DNA of 64,000 bases. Source: Podarcis melisellensis (Eukaryota). The notes below the pieces were generated by a model that was not told where the DNA came from, made no database searches, and saw only the letters and a list, made by a program, of their open reading frames with translations. The DNA is taken from assembly GCA_964234715.1 (NCBI GenBank), contig OZ174279.1; one strand, written 5' to 3'. Made by a program: the position numbers and the translations under genes. Below are positions 11,801 to 24,900 of the stretch, piece after piece (position 1 is the stretch's first letter; the number at the start of each line of letters is the position of its first letter).

Positions 11801-14800
11801 AGATACAACACGAATAAAACCAACAATAAGGACATGACCAGCCCAGAAATAAAACATTGATTTAACAAGTCCATCATTCAAAAGGAAATATTACTCATGA
11901 GTAAGCTGATGTGAACAAGTGAATCTCAAGGCCCTTTTGGAAAACCTGGTGAATTTAAGGGGATCAGCTGGAAGTGAGTTCAAATATATGAATTGTGCAT
12001 TTGTATTCATTGTTTACAGGGGCTTGATGGAAGAGCTTTGCCAGGTGATAAGGGATTTCCTGGTTCCCCTGGACTTCCTGGCTCAAAAGGGCCAATAGGA
12101 CCAACAGGTTTTGGAATTCAGGGTCCTCAAGGTGTCCGGGGTCTGCCTGGAAGTCCAGGAAGCCCGGGTATTAGAGGACCACCTGGCCCAAAAGGTGAAA
12201 AAGGTAATGTATGTATTTTACACTGAAAAGAGAATACTCTGTTGGTTCAGTTGTTTGAGAGGTTGGGTCAAACCAATTGATGGTTGCTTTTCTTCTAGGT
12301 GCAACTCTTCCTTACGCAGCAGCATACCCTGGGAATCCAGGTGCACCTGGTTTTAAAGGTATATCAGGTATGACTACAAAAGTGAAAGAAGGTGCTATTC
12401 TTCCTACGGAAGCTGTTAATGTCTTCAAGTTATTCAGAATTAAACAGACTTCTGTGATTTAAAACTTACAATAATGAGGTGTAGGGTAAGAATTCTCAAG
12501 ATTGGAAAAGAAACACAAATGCGAGGTTATCATAAATGATAGCTTAAAATTAAAAGCAGGGCTAGAACCTCCCTAATACTCTATGCAAAAAACACCTTTT
12601 GTTTTTCACTGGTGGTGAACTTGGTGGAAAAATAAAGTTTGGTATGCTCCTCTTATATGTTTATATCATTTAGATACTCTCCGGGTGGTACTCCAAGGAA
12701 AATCTCTAATATGAGTCTCAGAAGCATTTTGCCATGGGTTTTGGAGCACAACTATGATTATAAGGGGTCAAATCTGTCTCCGTATTTCATTTGTTTGGTA
12801 AAAGCCAAAGAAATGGACTAAGTGGTAGTTCTTTACAAGTATTATTGTCTTTGGCCAGCTCCTGGATAGTCAGAAAACATGGAGAACTTACTGACTTTCC
12901 ATTGCAATTGCTTTAGGATAACTCTTCATCCTGCCAGTTGAATTTCTTGGAACTTCCTATCTCTTAACGTTATCACTTAATATTAATTATTATTTAATGT
13001 TGAATTAGAGTTGCTCAGACTGGTGTCTTTTTTAAATGGAGACTTGAATGGCAGAAAATACACATTGCCAGACAACGTATGTGTATGCATGATGAGGTAG
13101 CGTGAACATGAAACCTATCAGTCATAAGAATGCATTGATCTCGCCTGAAATGTTTTTAAAATTCAACCCCTATATTTATAAAATGGATCTAGCTAGGTTT
13201 GTTCCACAGAAGGTTTGAAAGCATCGAACTAAGCTGTGCACAATCTGTCTATTCAGGTCCGAAAGGATTGAGAGGGCAGCCTGGGCGAGCTGGTCCCAAT
13301 GGTTTTGATGGCTTCAAAGGTCAACAGGGCAGACCAGGAATACCAGGCAATCCTGGTCCAGAAGGTAAGTGAAAGAAGGGCAGGGTGTATTCATTTGTTG
13401 AGTATGGGTATGGAGTGATTTATATATATATTCTGTTTTCTTCTTCTGAACCTCATGCTTATTGTGCAACTGAAGCACCTGAATGTTGTCAGATCATTTA
13501 AATAAAGTCAGTTTTAGAAAAGAATTGTAGCTCACATGCTTTTTCTCCAGTGCTTGGATCCCATTAGATCTTGTTTCCCACAAGATGAAGTGATGGCCCC
13601 CAACCTGAATGACTTTAAGGAGGAATAAATAAATTCATGGAGAACTATTGGTGGCTACTACCCATCATGGCTAGGTTCTACCTCCACTGTTTGAGGCAGT
13701 ATGTTTCTGAATACCAGCTGCTGATAACAAGCTGGAAAAAGAGATTCAGGTTCCATATGTGGGGTTCTCGTGGGCATCTGGTTGGACAATATAAAGACAG
13801 GATGCTAAACTAGATGGGTCTTTGGCATAATTCAGCAAGGCTCTTCTTATGTTTGTTGCAACCAGTCAGGAAGCAGATCTTAATCCTCTGCCTGAGGCTC
13901 TGAAGAGCTGGTTTGAGACACATTTCCTAGTAATGATTCAGGTCCCAGACTGCTATAGCCTAAAATATCTCATCAGGTTAGAAACTTGCACTAAATAAAG
14001 AGGTAGATTAATCCAGGGTAGCAAATGTAGTACCCACCTCTGCAATATGCCATTGGATCACAACTCCCATCAGCACAGCAAATGGTCTGGGATGGTAAGA
14101 TCAGCTATCCCTGGATTAATGTGATCCCAAATACTGACGATCTCCACTTGCTCTCAGTTAAATTGCTTTGAGTGTTTGCAATACTTAGAATGAATTCACA
14201 GGGATAAGGTGAACAGACAGAGGACAGATCTAACAGCCATGATGGATAAATTCAATCTCCAGGTTCACAGGCGCTTGAGTTGTCATCCATCTGTCTTGGT
14301 GGACAGTGGAGGAGTGTGCCTTTGGTGGTGAAGTCAAACTTTTGGAAGATGCAGCATCTGCTGTGGCTGTAGATACTGATAGGGGAAAGACATGTTTTGT
14401 TGCAGCTGGGGCAGATGAAGACCATGCCCCATGGCATTTCTTCTCTCGGTACTCTTCCCAGTGGCCATCCCTCCTCTGGGCACTGCTATGAATGCACAAC
14501 CTAACTGCCTGACTCCAGGTCATACATTCACAGACAGTATGCCACTGATATCAGTTCCTGGGTGCAAACAATGAGGAGGAGCTACTGTCTTCATGCCTAA
14601 TTATGACCTCCCCATAAGTGTCTGATTAGCCACTGATTGGGAAAGAAGCTGCTGCACTATATGGATCTAGGAAAGCTCTCTTTACATTATTTAACAAATG
14701 ATATCATTACAAGTTGAAATTAAACAAGTTAAGCAAATGGGCCTATGTCATCTAGATTTCATTATTCTCTAGGTTTCAGGGGTGAGACTGGGGATCAAGG

Positions 14801-15854
14801 TGCACAAGGTGAAAGTGGTCCAAGGCTGGATGGAGCTCCAGGGTTGCCAGGTCCTCCTGGTCTTGAAGGTCCAAAAGGCATTTTAGGTGACAACAGTTAT
14901 GGTCCTCCAGGAATTCCAGGCAACAGAGGTCTTCCCGGTTTACCAGGCCTGCAAGGCTTAAGAGGTGAACCAGGTTTTGCTGGCCTTCAAGGTATGATGC
15001 ATATTTGTGCATGATTTATCTTATTTTTTTGGATTTGTTACTGATAATTGACTGACTATAAGCTACTTCTCCCCAAAAATATGTTTCTGGAGGGGGAAAA
15101 TAAAAATAGCTCAATAAATAATGTCTGATCCGACTGCACCGGCTACCGTACCCAATTTAAAGTGCTGGTTTTGACTTATTGCGGTCCTGAGCCAATTAAG
15201 GCTATATCTCAAGGACTGCCTCTTTCTATGTGAACGTACCCAGACCCTGATATCATATTCTAAGGCCCTTCTTCATGTGTCCCCTTCACAAGAGGTTTAG
15301 AGGGTGGCAACAGGAGAATGGACCTTTTCTGTGGTGGCTCCCCATTTGAGGAATGCTCTCCTGAGAAAGGTTTGCCAGGCGCCTTCATTATACACCTTTA
15401 GACGCCAGGCAAAAAAAGTTCCTCTTTAACCAGTCCTTTAGCTAATTAACATCCAATGCCTTTTTAAAATGTGTTGGGATGGGGTTATTGGGTTGCTTTT
15501 GTTTTTATTTTGTGTATTTCATGTTTTTTATTGTAATTTTATCTTGTGAACTGCCCTGAGACCTGCGGATATAGGGCGGTATATACCGTATTTTTTGCTC
15601 TATAAGACTCACTTTTTCCCTCCTAAAAAGTAAGGGGAAATGTGTGTGCGTCTTATGGAGCGGATGCAGGCTGCACAGCTATCACAGAAGCCAGAACAGC
15701 AAGAGGAATGGCTGCTTTCACTGCGCAGCAATCCCTCTTGCTGTTCTGGCTTCTGAGAATCAGAATATTTTTTTCTTGTTTTCCTCCTCCAAAAACTAGG
15801 TGCGTCTTGTAGTCTGGTGTGTCTTATAGAGCGAAAAATACGGTAAATTTAATA

Positions 15855-15906
<52 letters not shown>

Positions 15907-18900
15907 TAAGAGGTTGACACACAATCTGGATATATTTGGGAAACCCTAGTTGAAAATAAGAATGAGAGTAAGAGAAAAGGAAAAGTGAGGGGTTGTCTAG
16001 TGGGGAGATCTCAGAAGCATAGCAACTCACAAAAAACAGTCCAGATAGCTTCACATATTTACAGTTTGTCTCTTTTTACTTATTCTTGACTCGGGTCAAC
16101 AGAGAATTCTACCATTTCCCATGTGGTAGAAATGATCACTAATTGGGCATTTCCAAATCATGTGAATTAGTTAATCTGATCTCTGGTAAATTCCATCTCC
16201 AACTGTGGGTTGATGAAGATTGGGGCAACATCATCACTCTAAAAGGAGCACAGTATTTCCTAAATATCAATTTCTGCTGGGCATTGTATGTGTCAAGCAG
16301 TGCCATCAAGATTTGAGAGAAAAGTGACTTTCACTTACTCAGCTTCAGAAGTTCTATTCAGATTTGCTTTATGCATACCTGCTCTTTTCAATTCACAGGT
16401 TGATCGTTTTGTGGCAAGCCTTAGAATGCTGTCAGCATTGCCATCACCTTGTGAGGTTTCTGGGACTGGGGTTGGGGGGTTGCAGTACAAACTGGAAGGG
16501 CAGGTGATTTTGTGAAGCCAGCCTGCCCCGATATTGTTCACTTTGCCTGTGTGCAGCAGAGGGGAGTGGAAACGTCCCTTTTAAGCTCATGAAAGCAAAG
16601 GACAACATCCTGTGAATATAAATATATTTCCCCAGGTCCTGTCTTTCCATGCAGCAATGTGAAGTGATTGCTTTGGATAGCAACTCCCAGCAGGGATGTC
16701 ATTTTACTATCTTCAGTATTATTTCTGTATGGAATATGAGGAGCATAAGCTCCAGTCTCATGCAAAGGGCATCTTCTCTTTTCTTTCTGTTTCATGCTGC
16801 AGAATTGAAAATGTGTAACGCTAGATCTTCCAAAATGAACATATTGAATGAGCTGAAATGAGTCAAAGACACTGTTATGATGGCTTAGTGTGAATGCAGG
16901 GGCTCTTAGAGAAAATATGCTAACCACTGTGCTCCTCCCTAGTTGTTCTGCTGCTGAACAGCACTTTGATAAGCCATGCCTTGGCTTGGCGTGTTCATCC
17001 AAATTTGAGCTTGTGGCTTATCCATGAGCCCTGTTTCAGCTGATATGACAAGCCAAACTATAGTTTGGGTCAGTGTGGCCCAGCAGTAAAACTGGGGAGG
17101 AGTAAAGCAGCTGGGATCTTTTCTCCAGAGGTTTGCCTTAGCATGAAGTGCAAACCAGGCCCAATTGTTTCAGACTAAATTATTTTGATTTGGGGGGGCT
17201 TCATAAATGAATTATCCTTGCAGGACAGCCTGGCATCCCAGGATTTCCAGGAGCAAAAGGTCTCAGAGGTAGAAAAGGTGACATAGGAGTCCCAGGAGGC
17301 CCTGGGTCACCTGGTCTGCCATGTGACAAAGGCTTGCAGGGGCTGCCAGGACCTCCAGGCTCTTTTGGACCACCAGGCTTTCCAGGTAAGCACATCATTA
17401 TCCTTGTAAATATTCAGGTGGGAGTCTAAAGCATACAGGTTGACCCAGGTATTTGATGGCTGAAATATATTGTGGTTAGCAACCTTGAAATCTTTGGGTG
17501 CTTTCCAACAAATTACTTGTTAATGCAATTGTTTCTACTTGTGGACTGGCATGGTATACATGTGTATTGGTTAAAATAGGTGTGGCATCTCACTTTAAAA
17601 AATAAATAAATGTGGCACCATTTATGTACATGACACTACAAAGATCAGATATGACAGATACCTGCCTCAACTGTCTAACAATGTAAAATTGACACAAATA
17701 GGAAATGAGAGAGGCAGGCCAAGGCAGCTGTGGGGGGAATGGATGTCTGCATAGGCAGGGCATATAGAGGGGGAGCAGTGGGGAGTGGGGGAGAAACCCA
17801 GGTTGTACAAGCTGAACACCTGACATTTCAATTCTTGCTGTAAACAATTTGATTTCGCCATCTTGTTTGCTCTCCTCCCCATGTACCATGGCTTTAAGAA
17901 TTCAGCAGAGCAATTCCAAGGAGTCTGTAGAGCTATGGTTTTAACTTTTATCAGCATTTTAATTTTTATTTGGAATATTATTTTGATACTGTTGTTTTGG
18001 TTAATTGCATTTTATATGTGCTTTTAGGATTTTAAGTTTTGTTAAGAAGTTTGAGACTTTAAAATATATATATTTTTTATTCTATAAAAATACAGTAGTT
18101 GTTAAGGACGTATTTTTGCATTTGGTGCATCTCTCCCTCCGTGCCCCTCCTAGGTTTACAAGGCTTCAAGGGTCCTAAAGGTGATATGGGTGCACCAGGC
18201 CCAGCTGGAATGAAAGGCATGCCTGGGTTTCCTGGAGTACAAGGGCCACCTGGCCTCCCAGGCTTAAGAGGAAAACCAGGTCTTCCAGGGGAAAATGGAT
18301 TGCCAGGCCGCCCAGGGCAAAAAGGTACGTGGATTCTAAATGAAATGGTCTTTGTTTCAGATGTAGCACTTCACAGTTCATATATACAAACAGTATTTCT
18401 GTCCATCACCTCTCCTTTCTTTGGTCTTCAAAAGCTAGGAGATGGGCCATTTGGGATTTGCAGAGTCATGACCAAATAAGGATACACTGTACTGGGCCCC
18501 AGAGATCCAGCCCATACTGCAGTCCCATTATCATGAAGAGAAAACAGATGCTCCGTTGAGAATATTTATGGAAATTTATTTCCCAGTATGTGCCCACTGT
18601 TTAGATCTTGTGCGATTTGCTGGAGCCAATCAGGACCAATGTTAAGAGCAGAACAACATTCTGAAGAGTGAATTGGTAGCCCATGGCCTTCTCTAGAACA
18701 GAAAAAGTGTTTTGTGCAGTTAAAGTAGGGCTTCCACATGTGACATTATTAACCCAGCAATCCAGTCTTTTGTTTAAGTGCACTAGAATCGGCATTTTTC
18801 TTTCTGAAGGGAGCCAAGGGTCCCAAGGAATGCAGGGTTTCCCAGGACTCCCAGGAAGTGAAGGAGGAATGGGAGCACCTGGTATGAAAGGTGAAGAAGG

Positions 18901-21900
18901 ACAAGCAGGTCCGCGTGGCCCTCCAGGAGAATGTGGGTCTATGGGATTAAAGGGTATGTAGAGTGATCTCTGTAACTTGTTTCCTGAATTACGTTGGCAT
19001 GTAGTGTGTTCCTTTTCTCCTAGCCAGATAAAGATTTTCTTAAGTTGGTAATAGGGCCATAGGAAGTTGCCCTTATACTGAGTTAGGCCACTGAGCCATC
19101 TAGCCCAGTAGTGTCCACAACAGTGTTGGCATACGTCTATCTCGAGAGACAAATGGAGTGTGCCTCTGGGGGTGAAGTTAAACTGCTGCATTAGCAGCAC
19201 CAAAGTGACCTCGCTGGAGTGCCAAAGTTACTCCCAAAGTTAAAACACAAATCTTAAAAACTGTGAGACCATACTATATCAGTTATTTCAAAGGCCTGGG
19301 AGAATAGAAAGGTTTTCACCTGCTGCCAAAAAGACCATAAAAATGGTTCCAGTAAATCTTCCCTCAGAACTTGCTCCCCACCATAGAGTTTTGTTAAAGC
19401 TATGGTTTGCCGTCTTGTGATTTCCTAAGCAGAAACAAGGAAGAGGGGTCATCTGAATACTACAGTTCCCGTCCTCTAAGCACCAAGCAAATGTTTAATA
19501 TGTGGTACCTGCCCAGAGCAGTAAATATTTAGGCCACAATTAGGAATCCCAGTAGTAGGATTGCTATGCTGTCCTGAGCAAATCTCTGCCTACATTGAGT
19601 ACATTCTACCTCTTTAAGGTGAAAGAGGACCTCCAGGAGAGGATGGTCGCGTTTTCATATTGAAAGAGAAAGGACAAAAGGGGGAGCCAGGCTTTCCTGG
19701 TGATAAAGGCATCCCAGGAACACAGGGTAAGCAAACTGCTTGTTTTCAGGTTACACAGAAACCAATAACTGTAACATTAAGTCCAGACCCTAGCTGACAT
19801 CTTCTATATGCTATCTAATTTTTGGAAGGCACTAATACATCTGCAGCTGTTGTTGTAGAAAGTTATTTACTAGTACACATCTGCTGAAATTAAAAGGTGA
19901 ATCAGACTGTTGTTTCCTTAGTCAGTTAGCAACGAACTGGCCAGTTGATAACTAGCCACTGCTCATGAGCTGTTGCTTTATCATATGAAGCCAGCAGTGT
20001 GCATTTACTGATAGGCACTATGCTGTTGATTAGGCTCCGCGTTCATCATTCATGTTCAGGGACTGCAGTATCACAGGATAAACAACACAGGAAGCTGCTT
20101 CACACTGAGTCAGACCATTGGTCCATCTAGCTCGGTATTGACTGCAAGGATTGGTAGCAGCTCCCCAGAGTTCCCGACAGGGTGTCTTTCCCAGTCCTAC
20201 CTAGAGATGTTGGAGACTGAACCTGAAACCTTTTGCAGGCAAAGCGGATGCTCTACCCCTGAGCTTACAGCCCTATTCAGTGATTACAGTATAGACTAAT
20301 CAATATAAACGCACATTACACATCTAAAACCTTAATTGATCTTAGGTATTTACTACACAGGGACACGGGTGGCACTGTGGTCTAAACCACAGAGCCTAGG
20401 GCTTGCTGAACAGAAAGGGAAGGTAAACGGCGTTTCCATGTGCTGCTCTGGTTTGCCAGAAGCAGCTTTGCCATGCTGGCCACATGACCCAGAAGCTGTT
20501 TGCGGACAAACGCTGGCTCCCTCGGCCAGTAAAGTGAGATGAGTGCCGCAACCCCAGAGTCGTCCACGACTGGACCTAATGGTCAGGGGTCCCTTTATCT
20601 TTTACTTACTACACATCGCTTTCATATGACCTCGGTATGAGACCAGTTCAACAAAAAGCGAAACCTCTCCTCCTAAGGTTTTCTTAAGTTTTTTAAGTTA
20701 CTGTCTAGATCTTACCAGTGTTTTTCTTCTAGAAAAAAAGATGCTGCTACTATGTACCTTTGAGTACCCACAGAAAAAACCACTGGCTCTTACTACTGTG
20801 TTGTATCTACGTATCACACAGCAAAATTGTTCTGATGCACAATATGCTAGATTCCTTTTTTAATTTCAGGTTCTGTAGTTTTTCTGATTGGTTTTGTTTT
20901 GAGGGGGCAGGGTTGCATTCCCTTCTGTGACTAGAAAACATAACAACTTACAACAAGCTCTTGAAATAATTTCAGGTGATAAAGGCAACCCTGGACTCAG
21001 AGGAATCCCAGGATCGCCAGGCAGAAGTGCACTTCCAGGTACTCGAAAAGGCGAACCTGGAGATGCTGGACAGGCTGGTTTTCAAGGGCCTCCAGGTCTC
21101 CCAGGACCCACAGGACTGAGAGGAATCACTGGCTTTCAAGGACCACAAGGTGACCAGGTAGGGTTAGAATATTGTCACAGCGTTTGAAAGTCCAATGCTG
21201 TATTTAGCCATTTATCTGAGGGACCCTTGAGGAAAGCCTAGGAGGGGGTCAGTGTGCAGCATAGTACTGCCACCCAGTTGTGGCACACATTCTCCTGGTG
21301 TCAATGTATCCAGTTTTAAGTGGGAACTGAATACTTGTATTTTCTGTCAGGCTGTATTGCGTGTTTTGCTGTTCGCCATTTTATGTTTTTATTGTTGTAG
21401 TCTGCCCTTGGGTCATAGGATTAAGGGTAGGACATAAGTTTTTATCAGTAGTGGATAGCATGGTGGAGTGGAGGGGCTTACCTGACGTCCTGGCAGGTGA
21501 GTTGCTGGGAGGGGCAGAAGGGAGAGAGGCAAGGCAGCAGCAAGGCTGCTGTGCCCAACAGAGCCAATCCACCACTTCTGCTGGTGCAACCGCACCACCT
21601 GCCCATCATGTCTCCCTTCTCTTTTCTGGTAAGCTGTAGCCAGCAGGTCAAATAGGAATGAATAAATTTGCCTTTTACTTGCTTTTCCATCTCAGAGCTA
21701 ATGATCATCATATTTATTGTTTTGTACAATTCTCATTATGATCAGTGTCTTGAAGCAAGATGAACAAGAAACCAGTAGGTCTGCATTACAGAACAGTTTA
21801 CACTGACCACTTACAAATCTTCAAGCAGCAATAAAGCCTTCTGTGGGAAGAGTAGAGAAAGGAGAAGGCAAGGATCCAGAGGAAGGCTGAAGCAGTTTCT

Positions 21901-24900
21901 GTTTTAGATACATTCTTGCTAATTACACACAAACTCTTGCTTTCAGTTCTCCGTATTATAAAAGATCAGAATTTGACACAGAAAACAAGACCCTCATTTA
22001 TTTTTAATTTGCAGGGACAAGTGCTGTAAATTTTACATATAATTGATGGGCATTCTTCTTTTGATAAAATAATTAGGGTGCACAGGGATTGCCAGGGATT
22101 CCAGGAAGTTCAGGACTTGATGGTGCAAAAGGATCTAAAGGTAATGCTGCAATGGTAATACATCTGTGCCTGACAGTTACTGTTCAGGTTTCTGTCAATG
22201 CATTAGGAAAAATGAATACAGTGGAACCTTGGTTTTCGAGCGTCTCGGAAGCCGAACGATTTGGAACCCGAACGCTGAAAACTCGGAAGTAAATGCCTTG
22301 GAAATTGAAAGGGGCACATTTCTCCATTTTCTCAATGGAATTTGCCGACCACCCATTGCGCCTTGGGATGTTGAATGTTTCGGAAGTTGAACGGTCTTCC
22401 GGAACAGATTACATTTGACAGCCGGGGTACCACTGTATACAAACAGAAGTAATTTCTGGTAACAAAATACTATCATGCTGGCTATATACATTGATTAAAG
22501 ATTTGATAGATCATGCTGAAGGGGAAAGGCTGGCACCATACTAGTTTTTATATGGCGTTACATGATTTGGAGAGCACAACAAAATGAGTATTATAAAATG
22601 TTATTGCAAACTTTCAGGATGATAAAACAGAACTGAATTAGTTGAACATCACAAAGTGATTGATTCAGAAATAGGAAGATTCGTTTTGTGAACCAGTGCC
22701 CCTGCCTAATAAGTAAGCAGGTAAAGCACCTTTCAGGGACGCAGGTGGCGCTGTGGGTTAAAGCCTCAGCGCCTAGGACTTGCCGATCGAAAGGTCGGCG
22801 GTTCGAATCCCTGCAGCGGGGTGCGCTCCCACTGCTCGGTCCCAGCGCCTGCCAACCTAGCAGTTCGAAAGCACCTCCGGGTGCAAGTAGATAAATAGGG
22901 ACCGCTTACCAGCGGGAAGGTAAACGGCGTTTCCGTGTGCGGCTCTGGCTCGCCAGATGCAGCTTTGTCACGCTGGCCACGTGACCCGGAAGTGTCTCCG
23001 GACAGCGCTGGCCCCCGGCCTCTTAAGTGAGATGGGCGCACAACCCCAGAGTCTGTCAAGACTGGCCCGTACGGGCAGGGGTACCTTTACCTTTACCTTT
23101 AAAGCACCTTTCTCTGTTTGTATTGACATTGTCAAGACCAATATCCACATTTGTTCTGCTGCTGTAGTTGCACATTTTAGGCTCTTTTTTTGTAAGAGTA
23201 TCATTGACCGTAATCCTGAAACCATTTGACATATATTAAGATCCCTTGAAAGATTCTCTACTGGCAAACAAAGGGAATTAAATTTTTAAAAGAAATAACT
23301 ACAGGTTGTTTAAAGGTTTCAGAAGCTACTTATACATGAGGTGCTACTTTTGCAGGTAACAGAGGTGACCCAGCTGTCTCTTATGGCCAGCCTGGTAAGA
23401 AAGGTCCTGCAGGAGATCGAGGATTGCCAGGTGATGATTCTTTTGGTCATTTGGTTATCAATGGGCAAGTTATCTAACTAGTGTATATCTTCTTGTGTAT
23501 TTATATCTTTTCACTAATTTGAGTCAATGCACTTATGGCTTCATGATTAGAAGCAATGATTTAATTCCAATCCATACTTTATGCTACAGACACGTTACTT
23601 TATGCTACATACTTTATGCTACAGCCATGCGCTCCCTGCATGTCTCCAGTTTGGATCACCATGAAGTGAAGGGGCATTATTTCCCTGTAAATGTACAGGA
23701 GTGTATGCTGGGCACATGCACTCACATTTATAGCACGTTTATAAATCTGCATCTCCCATCACACTTCAGTGTTCACCATGGCAAATATGAGCATGCATAT
23801 GAAACTGGGACTATGCTAGTAGCAAGAACAAATATTTGCTATCCTCCAACCTTTTTTTAGATAGATCTCCTCCTTTGTTCATAGAGTGGGGATTGAAAAA
23901 AACACTTTCAGCAGCTTTAAATGTGACAAGAGAAGTTTTGAGACGTTTTGGGTCACAACTAGCATCAGCATGTGGCAAATGCTGGGCCCTCACTACTGAT
24001 ACTCTGGGCCAACACTGAGAGAAACCACCATCTTCATTGCCCATGTCTGTCTGCAATGGTATGCTAGAATCCTTAGACATTGTGGAGGAATGCAGATGGC
24101 TACGGCTGCAGTCACCCAGTTGAGTACCCTGAGGCAGGAGCTGCAGTTCTTTTCGACACAGCCACTTCTCCTTGTTTCCACTGCCTGCCTATGCCACATG
24201 GTAAGCTCATCAGGGGATGGCAATAAGATGGCCAGAGCCATTTCAAACCAACATGCTAGCCTTGGATATTCAGTTATGCTGCTGTTAAAATTTGGGACTC
24301 TTGTTGCCTACCTTCGTGTCAGTCATTGCCTTCATCTGCTCAATCTTTATAAATGCAAACTAGTAGATGTTGTGAGATACTGTAGGTTTTCAGTACAGTT
24401 TCATCCACATCAAATGGTGGATGAATGGTGGAGTGAGATGCCTTCACTCCATTACATTCTGCTCTATTCCGCTCATGGAAGGAAGCTGCAGAAGACAATA
24501 TACTAATGTGTTTCCAAAAAGCTAATACAGTACACTATGCTTGAGCAGTGAAGCATGCCTATGTATGCATGGAATTTGCCATTTTAAAAGTTTTGCTACA
24601 AATATATTACAGTAAGAGTTGCTTTGTTTGTATGCTTTGGTTTAAGGACTTGATGGATTACCAGGGGACCAAGGAATCACAGGTGTTCAAGGGAGACCAG
24701 GAAGACAGGGACCCAAAGGACTAACTGGATACTCAGGAACACCTGGCTTCCCAGGTGAGGTGGAAGTGAAAGAAAAATTAACTGGACTTTAAACATAATA
24801 AGCTTTTATGGGCCATGATGACATCCGTAGAAAAGGAAACATCAACATGCAATCAAACCAGAAAATATATGAAAGTCAAGATGGGATTATACCCAAGATC

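Noticed and set aside
8756-16054. Poly-Leu 'signal peptide/TM' ORFs at 8756-8950 and 15824-16054
   Set aside because: Translations of (AAT)n microsatellites
20200-22812. tRNA genes suggested by A/B boxes
   Set aside because: The boxes belong to SINE heads that continue into SINE bodies; no complete cloverleaf
6676-23369. RGD motifs in exon 20 (GFRGDP) and exon 35 (GNRGDP) as functional integrin sites
   Set aside because: R-G-D arises often in Gly-X-Y sequence and is usually cryptic; these two are not splice-dependent
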